Shown here piece by piece: positions 54,111-64,000 of a stretch of DNA of 64,000 nt. The DNA is from Yuukianura sp. NJ FZ-2021 (taxonomy: Eukaryota). Position 1 is the stretch's first letter; each line of letters begins with the position of its first letter. The position numbers and the translations under genes are program-made. The notes under the pieces were generated by a model, which did no database searches, was not told the DNA's origin, and worked only from the letters and a program-made list of their open reading frames with translations. The stretch is taken from assembly GCA_046563655.1 (NCBI GenBank), contig CM102287.1, positions 5,580,001 through 5,644,000 on the forward strand. Reading direction: 5' to 3'.

Positions 54111-56815
54111 CAAAGTAAGTCATAGCGATTTCCTTGGAGAAAGTGCATTGACTTTGTAACGCTAAACCTTGGTTGCTTGAGCTAAGATTCATTACAGAGG
54201 AATTGTAAAAAGCCTTGTTAGGAGCCCATAAAATATGAAAAGTTTGACAGGTGAGTCAATTGACTCTGCGTGAAATGTGCAAAGCGTTTCTTTTTGCAAG
54301 GAAAAACTGTAAGCGTTTCCCTTTAGTATGTCTGTATATGGTCTAAAGCCTTCATTGTTTAGTTTTAGAAAAGATGCGAGAACGATACTAACAACATAAC
54401 CAGTTTTTCCTTTGAAACGTTAGTGGCATTGACATTCTCTCGGCTCAAACCTCCATGGAACAGCCAGTACTTGTCATTAGTGTTTCCGTATGTGTTGTCT
54501 CAAATGGCATGATGATTTTGGTGATAATGATGAGTTGTTGGTTCCTTTTGTTAAGTTCTAACACAAGATGAACAAAGCAGAGCTAACATGTCTCGAAAGG
54601 TATGTACTGTGTATAACGTCTGGAACATCATCGCCAGAGCTTCGTAACATAACATAACATTGTACACTGCATAAGCACAAACTTTAGGAAATACAAACAC
54701 AAGTGGCTTTGAAATTTTGGTAGTAACGAAACGAGGGACGCATCATGTATGTTTATACCATTTACACATTATGCATAATTTGTATTCTTCGGATGCAATC
54801 GTTCGTTAGTGTTCGTTCACTGAAGGAACTCGTTATTTGTTCACATTTCACACCAGGTTTGTAGCTTCCAGTTTCAGCTTAGAGGCTGGAGCAACCAAAT
54901 TTCCAAGATTGAACCTACTTTTTTAAAATTTGATTCTGCTGGAGAAGAATGAGAGGGTGCTGGAAGAATTTTAGATTCGTGTTGATTCTCCCCTCTCTCT
55001 GCTCAATTTCATCACGACTAACAACAACCACTCTGTAATTACCTAACGCTACATTCAGCTACCCTCGTACAAACTTTTAGTAAAAGAGAAGAATATCTAA
55101 AGTACTGCCAAAGAATAGCGTCAGAATTGCGTTATTATGCAGAAGACGAGAGGGATGTCTAATGTATTCATTTCAAAATTCCAGGAGGAGGAGAAGTCGT
55201 GAGAGGCTTTGTACCAAGGCCCCTTTAATTACAATTTAAAACAGGCAAAATGAAAATGAACAAAAAGAGCTCAACACTTTTTTCTCTTAATGAAGAAATG
55301 TATGTTGAAAAATAATCATAATTTATCATGAAATTTTGATGCTGGAGTAGAAATTCAAGTAGGTCTCGCATACTTAACTTTAAGAACGATGGACTGGACT
55401 TGAATTTCTAATTTTCCGGAATTTGGACTGTCCCATCATAGTCATGGGTCGGGTCAGTGAAAGTTGAAAATGAAATTTTCAAAATTTTGAATTTCGGAGA
55501 GATGTAGCTCTTACAGAACTTGGTAGTTTCCAAAAATAAGCTCGTATTTCCAGGTGAAGTTTCTTTCATTGGCTTTAAAGTTAAGCTGTTAAATGCGCGA
55601 ATTTTATTTATTATCTTTAGTAAAATTAAGATTTGAAATAAAGTGAGGCAAATTCTTTGCAAAATTGGCATTTCACTTTCACTTTTCACTTCAACTGTGC
55701 TTGCTTAAGACACAAGTGAAAGCTATACACCAGTCATGTGCTTAATTAGTGTTTGTTCCACTAATGTTAGATTAGATTAGCGTTAGTTATGTTATGCTGG
55801 TTAGGTTAGTAAATTCTAAGCTATGTGTGGTTTGTTTTGTTTCGGAAAAATACTTTTTAGCATTGTTTTCATACGATTGTGGACGTAATTGTGGCGGGCG
55901 ATTATTTGAAGAAGCAAGGAGCATGAAAGTGTGAAAGATGCCAAGTTAGAAACTGTTCTTTGTGATCAAAAGTATCCTGGTGGGAGGTTGTTTGAATGTT
56001 AGGTTAGCAGGCTAACCTAAAGGTTACATTGAAATTTAGAAAACAGCAGGCGGTGAGTGGAAAAGACACAGGGAGAGATGCAATTTTGAGGAAGAACAAA
56101 ATGAAAAGGCGGAATGCTGGGCGTTGAGTTTTCAAAATCCCAGGTTTTTCTGAACAACTGAATAAGTTTATTAGTCGGAATTGCAAGGAGAAGAAGAAGA
56201 AGTTCATTCATTATTTATGATTTTTGATGATGATGATGGGTGGGAGGCCCTTTGAGAAAAACAATCTTAAGGGATTCAAGGGTCATTAATTTATGATGGT
56301 CATTTGAAGTGGGTTTGGATACGGCGGTTAGGTTTAGGCAACTTTTTAGGTTAGGTTAACATTAGGATTTCATTCCAGGATCATATCAAGTCCTCTTCGT
56401 GTTGTGTGGGCTTCATGGGAGGAGGAAAGATCCGATTCCAGTTTCCAGTTTTTTTCCAGTATTTATGGGCAGTATCAAAAGTAATGGTTGGGTTCCCGCA
56501 GAAGTTGGTTTTTGGTGGAGAAAACCTTCATCCTGTATCATTTCCAGTTTCTTCCAGAGAATATACTGCCAGTATCTTGGATAATACTGGAAGGTTGGCT
56601 TTATAATCTGACTGGAAAATCTCCCGGAAGGTGAAATTGATTCACTGTCAACAGATTTCCAAGTTCCCAGAGTTACTCCCCTTGATTTCCAACGGAGATA
56701 AGTAAAAGTCGTTTCCTCAAGCACTGGAAACGGCAAAAGTTAAAGCAACTTCTTGTGAAATCTTGAATTTTAATCTCATGTTGTTAATGGATCCACCTGC
56801 CATAGAGAGCCTAGT

Positions 56816-56828
56816 TGACCTCTGACCT
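56816..56828 (-). promoter_or_regulatory. DR1 nuclear-receptor element
   Basis: TGACCT-C-TGACCT. Confidence 0.45.
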
Positions 56829-58297
56829 CTGGACCTACGTGACAGCATTCCAATTTAGTCCGGAGATTTATTGAGGAGGGGCAGGAGCCCTTTGACTTTA
56901 ATCAATCTAGATGATACTGCAGAAACGAAGGGTTCTGAATTTAGGCCTAACATAACCTTAAGGGCCCCTTAGATTGTGCTAGTGATGTTCATTCTTCGGA
57001 GATATCAAGGTCCAATATGTGTTTTCTGAGGTCAATTCAAGGTCAAATGATCCTGATCCTAAAAAATTCTATGGTTGGTATCGTAAGATCGCTTTAGGAT
57101 TTTGAAAGTGTCAAGATTTTTTGAAAAGTCAGTGAAGGGTTGAGCACTTGAGATGAGATCAGCCCTTGTCGCTTTTCTCCATTTTTCTACTTTTCAAGAT
57201 CTATTTCTTCCAGTACATTTTTTGAAGTTTGAAAAAAAAAGTGAAGTTGTTAGTGCGATGACAGAATTGGAAAAGTGGAGAAAGCAGAGAAGAAATGAAA
57301 TGATTCAGCAGTATATCACTCACTCTCTCACCCAATCATCTTACTTTCTCCTTATTTTGTTGACGAAGATTGAACCAACTTTTCTCCCGCATCGTCCCAA
57401 ATCCAATCTCCTGTATCAAGAATCATTCCCATCTTCACTAGAAATGGAAAGGAAGGAGACATTAATCGCATCGTCCCCTTCACTTTCACGTTAGGTTCTG
57501 GAAAGAATGAATTTCATCTCTTATGAAAGTAAACACAAATTCCAATTTTGATCTTTACTCAAGATTTCCAATTCAATTACTACCTCGTTCTCTCTCATAA
57601 AACTTTAGTTACTCCAACTTTGTTCTCAGTTCACCTAATTCGTCATTTAAGAGCAAAATTGTTCTTTCCAAAGTTTTCAAAACTTTTCACACGCGTAAGT
57701 AAAGTTTTGTGAGAAAGTGATAAAAGATGATGGTACTTGTCTCTGTGAAAATTGATGAGTGATGATGAGTTAAGTTCAATTTTCTCCCACTTCTCTCCAA
57801 AGTTACTTTTTATTAACCAAATCTTTGTCCAAGTAAAGTGGATGCGTAAGTGCATGAAAAATCCTTTTATGCCTGTCACGAACTCATTATGACTTCTATT
57901 GAAATATTGTAACTGGCCATGTACGTAGTACTGCCGAAGGGAAGTTAATTGACTCAATATACAAAAGTTGAATGAATTGCTTCCAGGAAAATGGAGTTCT
58001 CCAGAATAACTTCCTCTGGAAGCTCCAGTATTCCAGTATGACATAACTTCCCCTTTGACCTCACCCCTCGTGTTATGTCATTTAGGCATCGGAGGAGAAT
58101 GGCTTTGTGTAAAACTGCAGTTGAAGCAGAAGATAATAAAGTAACACGTTTTTGTTTGCTTTTTTAGGCTCAATTTTTGACACTGGGAACTGGAGCAGAA
58201 AAGACAAAACGACCAGAAGCCTTTTTAGAAATTAGGAAGATGTCGAGAGACAAAGGAAACTAAAAAGATACTAAAAGAAAGCGCCTCCCAAGACACA

Positions 58298-61200
58298 ATG
58301 GCAAGAACAAAGATGCGCTGCAAAGTTGTGTTTCTATTTTTAACGCAACTCATCCTGGCTTCTGGAGTCGTCGATGTGGAGGGTAAGTAAACATTTAGAG
58401 CGAGAAAAACGTAGCAACTCATTACATAAGGTCAATTACATAAATTTTATTTGCATAAGGTTTAGTTACATACAGAACAAATACATAAGCTGTAGTTGCA
58501 ATTACATAACTATTACAATTAGTACATAAATGTAATGTACGTAAATGCAGCTTATGCAAGGTGTCTTGATAACGAGATAGTTTTTGTATAGCAGGTTAGG
58601 CAATAAGTCAACCTTCGGAAAAAAGTCTCCAAGAAACAAAAAATGGAACCAATTTGAAACCAATTTTGTTTACGAGTTTAAAAAACCAGTTTCAGTTGAC
58701 AAATCAAATTTTCTTGAATTTTCACAGCAATTTTGGTCTTCTGGACCTTTTTCGTGAAATTGGGCGAATTCATTTTCAAAAAGTTTGCTCAAAAATTCAA
58801 AACTGGAGTTATTGCCTAACCTATTAAAGAAAAAGTATTTCTTTGTTTATTAACCTTGCAGCTTAAGTTAGGAAGTTGTGTAGTGAATGGCGTGGAAGCG
58901 CGAGAGGGCTTTCTAATTTACAATTTGTTCAGAAGCAATTAATATCAAAATCTGGGCGTGGCGCAATGTTCAATTTTGTCAGCAGCAGGAGCTTGTTTTT
59001 ATAAACGTTTTTAAAAATGAAGTGCATGTGAAGTGATAATTTGACCATGATTTGAAGAAAGAGACTTGCAACATGTTATGTACCATGTGTGTGTGCGTAC
59101 TAAAATAGTAGGGAAGCATTTGTTTTTATGGAGCTGTTGAGGTGGATTAAAGTCCCATTGATGTTGTGTGTAGACGCTGCGGAGGCTGAAGATTATGGAC
59201 CATTCATTCTTTACGTTGAACTTTTGACATGACATGAGGGGGCAGGATTAGGTTAGGGAGAAGATGATCCTGGAGAAGCAGAATGATAATGAGGTTTCAT
59301 GCAGAGAGAGATGAGATCTCTTAGGAAAGCCAAAATAAACCTAACGAACCTAACCTAACCACAGCAAGCTGGTCTCAAAAGGTAGTTAACAGTTGGTAAT
59401 CCCTATATTAAGTGTTGGCAGTAGTACTGGCAGTATTTTTAGTATGGTAGGGAACAGTTATCTTTTGGGAATCACATCAATTGACTTCGTGCAGGTGAGA
59501 AGAATAATTAAGAACGCTTGTGTAGATTGATTGTTTTCAGGCGTGCATTCAAAATCTTTTCAATCAATTTTTTTATGTATTTTTTAAAATTTCGGCAAGG
59601 CATCTGCTTCAACACCTTTTCAATCATCGGTGATGGCTCCCTTTGTTCAAAAGCCTATTGAAAATCAATTCATGTTCATTAGACACTCGGTTCATTTGGT
59701 TCATTCAGATTCAAAACCTAAAATTTTCAAACTTTTTAAAGTCAAATTTTTAAAATATTGCTTTCACCTTTACGTTTAATTTAGTAGGCATGACCATAAA
59801 GCCTTCAGATCATTAAGTTTTCATTTTATCGTTTTGAAATTTTAGAAAATGTAAATTTGCAGTTAAGATTTTCAAGTTCTTGGATTCAGAAGCCCCACGT
59901 CTGGGAGAAATTCCGTTTCATTTTCTTTTTGGCAAAGAGAAAGTTTGGAATTTTGGTTTTGGAGAAAGTTGAACTTTGGATCTCAAGTTCCTGGAGGGCG
60001 AAGGGAGTAACTAAATTTTCTAAATTCTTTTATACCTTTTGCCAGGATGAAGTTAGGTTTAGGTGAGGTTATGCTCGATAAAGTTAGACAACTAACCTGA
60101 AGTAGTACTAGAAAAAGGAAAAGATGAAGAAACAAAAGCACTTAATTTGAGTTAATCCAGAAGATTTTCGGTTTCTTGGAGGAGAAAGTTGAGATGTTTT
60201 TGATTTCCTCACAAGCTGCAGCGGAGAGCTGCACGTTGTAGGTAGAAGGTTGAGGTCAAAGGTCAAGAGAGCGGGAAAGGTATGAGATTACAGCAGGTTG
60301 TTCTTCCTATCAAGGTAGGTTATCCTGCTGTCCCGAGAGACTAGACTTCTTCCCTGACCTCATCTTCTGGTCGAGAAGAAGCGGCTCTTGTGATTCTGAA
60401 AGATCATTTTAGCCTTTGGGCAAGTTCTTACTTCTTATAAGTTAATGTCTATGAGAAAAGATAAGGTTAGAGTAGCGTTCTCTGTTTCTAGCCATTGTTC
60501 TCCTGATTACAAGGCGGTCCACACGCTAAAATCTTACACAGAAACAAAGGAATCATCAACGCAGCTTTGAAGAAGATGAATTTTATTGTGGTCTCTGTGA
60601 GAGAGTTGCACGAAAGGTGGAATTTGAAGGACCATTTAGGGAGAGATTTGATTGTTAAAAGAAAGAAGATGCAACTCTCAGCATCCTTTCGTGTCTGGGA
60701 ACTGATTCTGGGTAGGTTACTCAGGTACTTTGGGCAACGAAGGGAGTAACTATACGCTTTTTTACATTCAGAAACGGAGGGAGTAACTATGTTTTTGGAA
60801 GGGAATAAACAAATGACTCATGTTGTAGAGGAACAGTTCTTCGGGAAGAATGAAGGGACAGGGCCCTTGATGGATGGTTCTGTAGGTACTCCCTTGAACA
60901 TTGTTGAAAGGATCCTCGGATGAACATCTTCTCCAAAATGGAAGATTAGCTGTTCCTAATGTAGTCCGCCCAACAACGATTTCTTTTTGTTTTATGTTCT
61001 ACGGTTGTTGTTCCATCACCTGAATTTTTAAGCAAGGCTAAGGGCCCCCTCACTATAAGTTTCTCCCTTCGATTCACTACGCAGAAGCAGATGCTTGTTC
61101 AAGGTCTTTTAAACTCATGTTTTGAAAAAACAAAAAAAAAGTACCAATGGTAGCAAGTTTTAGTCGAAATTTGGATATGATATTCAATATTGTTTGATTT

Positions 61201-63478
61201 TGATTAAGATGTCTGCGTTTTAGTCGTTTTATGATATTTTTTATTTTTCAAAAATGAAAGTTAATTTTTTTTTAATACTGTTTTAATTTTTGGGTTACTT
61301 TCGTTTGTTTATTGTTTCAGCTTTTATAATACTTTCTTTCTTTTTTCTTTTAATTGATGCCACAAGACACGCACAACTGTGTAACAGCGTTCAGCAAAAG
61401 CAAGCAATATTTCGTTTTTTCCAGGGGGCGTTTTTGTTTTCGAGTTAAAATTTTAAAAAATGTAATTTTTCTGTTCAAAAAAATTCATGATAATTTAAAA
61501 CGCTAAAGTGAAAACTGGACTTGTTCTTGGAGTTTCAGTTTGCGGACATGTATGATTCGAATTTCAAATTTTTTATGTCTTCGACTACCGCAGTGGAAAG
61601 ATTTTTCCAATTTTTTGTTGTGTAAAATGTAAAATGCATCTTCATCTTGGAAAGAATTTTTGTGGTTGTTCATCTTCCCAATTCTCATTCTGTAGAAGGA
61701 AGTTTGATTAATCGTTCAAGACATGTCCAAGGAGGCAACAAGTTCCTTTAGCAGCAGAAGAACTCATGAGAAAAACGTTATTTCATTTTGCGTTGTATTC
61801 GTCGTGGCCTTTGAAGACTTGCTGCTGAGTTGCATGCGGGAGACTAATGAATAAATAAACAAACAAGGCTTCATGGGCCGCTGCTCCTCAATCGAACAAG
61901 ACCTCAATATTTAAGCAATCCGCCTTTGCTTGGTATTCTACTGCTGCTGCTGTTTTTATTGCGTGTTTTTGCAGTGGAAGAACTAATCCAAAAATTGGTT
62001 TCCTCTTGGTTTATGCATGAGTTGACAGTTGAGAGAAAGGGGAGAAAGTTAGGAGTTGATTGGAAGAATCAAATGAATTGATTCCCTAATGTATTGATTT
62101 TCGTTAAGTATGGACAGAATTTAGCTTAAACGTTTTGGCGATTTCGAAATCGCACGAGTCATAATTTTGTTATGAAAATGATTTGCCCTCAAAATCCATA
62201 ATTTCTGGGGATTTCGTAATTGTGAGTGCCACAATTCTCCGATTTCTATCAAAATTTCGGGAAGTCCGTTGCCTTCTGATTCGGTCGAATTGTTTTTAGT
62301 ATATGTTTTATTGTTTTATTTATTATATTTATTTATTTACTAATTTCAGATGAATCCAAGTTTCCGGATTCGCTTCCGAATGAGCCTTGGGGATACGAAG
62401 TAGTTTGGTTTCAGTTGGAACCAGAAGATTCTTATGTTCTGCGCAATCGTCCAGCAACGCTCGTCTGTCGAGTAGCTTCAGCCCTTAAGGTATTTTAAAA
62501 TTTAATTAAAAGTTAATTTCATAATTTCGAAAATTTTGAAACTTAATACTGAAAGACTGTCAGTGAAAGTGAAACTTCAAAAAAGTTGAAACTGCAACTT
62601 TTTGAAAGTTGGACTTTGAGGATTAACTTTTTTGAAAATGTTTGCAGGTTTACTTCAAATGCAACGGTCAAGTGGTGCCTAATTCCAAACAAGTGTTTCA
62701 AAGCTTTCAACATGAAAATACTGGAGCTCCAATTGTAAGCCAGAAGTTTACCAAATTAAAAATAAGTTTGACTTTTTAAATTCTCATTCTCTCTGCAGAA
62801 AAAAAGAAAGGGAAAAGTTTATGTTCCAAAAATTTAATGGCGGAGCGAACTTTTGAAATTAATTTTTTGGGCGCGCATAATTTTACGATGCCGACACGGT
62901 TATGTTCCAAAAGGAGGCCGAATAAGGATGCTCTTGATTCTGTTTTTGGCTTGAAGTCTTCATTCCGTTTCCTCCGTCCACCATAAGAACCATGGGGAAA
63001 GTGATTTCAAAAAGTCGTTAAGTGGAGACGTGCGTCTTGAAGCCACATTTCCTAGCAGCAGGAAGTCTTCACGCCTTTTTACCAACAAAAACAAAAATGA
63101 ATCCAAACTTTACAAAAGAGTCACCGCTTCAGATGAACAGTTTTTCAAAAGAAAACATTTTAAAACAATTGATCATTGAAATTCTTTAAATCAAAAGTCA
63201 CGCGTTCTGATTCAAAATCAGACGTCAGAACGCTTGACGTTTAATGAATTTTTTTTAACTTGCGAATGTTGAGTTCTTGTTTGTATTCCAGGAAACTTTT
63301 TAGAAAGTTCATAATGCTTGAATCTGTTTGTATTATTTTCAGACGGAAGTTCAGTTGAACGTGAGTCGGAAGGATATTGAGGACTTCCATGGTCCAGGAA
63401 GTTCCTTCAACTGTGAATGTGTCGCATGGAATAAACGCGGAAGTGAACGAAGTCAATCCGTTCGTGTAGAACTTGCCT
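58298..63478 (+). CDS. unc-5: Netrin receptor UNC-5; signal peptide and Ig1 exons, gene continues beyond the window
   Basis: Exons 58298-58382 (MARTKMRCKVVFLFLTQLILASGVVDVE, signal-peptide-like, g|gtaagt), 62350-62489 (...FQLEPEDSYVLRNRPATLVCRVASALK), 62648-62734 (VYFKCNG...) and 63343-63478 (TEVQLNVSRKDIEDFHG...CECVAWNKRG...VELA). Phases are consistent and the motifs match the UNC-5 first Ig domain. The first exon is inferred from phase and hydrophobicity. Confidence 0.85.
58421..58559. promoter_or_regulatory. Homotypic cluster of D-box/PAR-bZIP-like sites
   Basis: ATTACATAA at 58421, 58435 and 58501, plus TTGCATAA, GTTACATAC, ATACATAA, GTACATAA, TACGTAA and TTATGCAA within 140 bp. Confidence 0.4.
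58592..58823. mobile_element. MITE-like element in the unc-5 intron
   Basis: 14-bp inverted repeat AGGTTAGGCAATAA (58593-58606) / TTATTGCCTAACCT (58809-58822); about 230 bp. The terminus resembles that of the 1809-2047 element. Confidence 0.55.
60253..60265 (+). promoter_or_regulatory. DR1 nuclear-receptor element
   Basis: AGGTCA-A-AGGTCA. Confidence 0.45.
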
Positions 63479-64000
63479 GTAAGTTATCCTATTTTTCTTT
63501 GAATTCTGCAAAATCGCAAAATCTTTTAAGGAAGGATTTAGATTCTGATCTGACGAAAATGTTTAGTCTCTCCTTTTGTTCCTTTTTTAAAAACCCGAGA
63601 GCTCTTTATACGTTTTTAGGGCTTAGAATTCCGGTTGTGTTCATCATAAACTTTATACAGTTTAACTTAACTGTAAAAAAAAGAGACGCTGAAGGAAGAG
63701 AGGGAGAACGTTTATTCCTTCATGATTTTTACGACACAAATCTTCTTCATTTCATTATTATGATTTTCCTCATCTTTTCATCGTCTTCATCTCTTCCCCT
63801 TGCATTTCCGTCATCACCGTCTTCTCTTCCCATGCGGAGATCATTTTGACTAAATCCGATCATCGTATCATGAACCCGGTTTTTTCAAAAATAAAATTTT
63901 GAAAGTGGAACGTTTGCTCCAGTTTTCCAATTTTAGAAAACATGTTCCGGAGGATGGAGAGGCATAAAGTTTTTTCTGAAGAGCCCAATTTGTTCGGAAA

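Noticed and set aside
49325..54256. AG|GTAAGT (49331) and AG|GTGAGT (54249) as recursive splice sites
   Set aside because: Weak polypyrimidine tracts; expected by chance in G/T-skewed sequence.
52570..59360. Scattered TTAGG/CCTAA dimers and trimers as interstitial telomere
   Set aside because: Never more than 2-3 units, dispersed and in both orientations.
61872..62080. Hydrophobic stretch LLGILLLLLFLLRVFA as the unc-5 signal peptide
   Set aside because: No in-frame ATG after the upstream stop at 61848; exon 58298-58382 fits phase and signal-peptide pattern better.

Overview
Eukaryotic, intron-containing animal DNA. The gene families point to an arthropod; the species cannot be determined from sequence alone. 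Genes reconstructed by hand from splice sites, with codon phases checked: (1) the 3' part of a Tollo/Toll-8-like receptor (+, 91-2804); (2) a two-exon orphan gene encoding a predicted myristoylated/palmitoylated 147-aa protein (+, 15565-16275), only partly shown by the ORF track; (3) an LSD1/KDM1A demethylase (-, 35272 to 32523) whose C-terminal catalytic half I could not find in the window; (4) PEX7 (+, 39629-40920); (5) an INF2-type formin (-, 44995-41124); (6) the 5' part of an UNC-5 netrin receptor (+, 58298 to beyond 63478). Between LSD1 and PEX7 lies a 3.15-kb foldback element with long inverted arms, 32-bp subterminal repeats and a 12 x 176-bp satellite core whose diagnostic base runs CCGGCCGGCCGG across monomers. 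Strand composition flips across the central gene cluster: A/C-rich on + to the left, G/T-rich to the right. Five perfect DR1 nuclear-receptor elements and a D-box cluster are present. No prokaryotic features, CRISPR arrays, tRNA or rRNA genes were seen.
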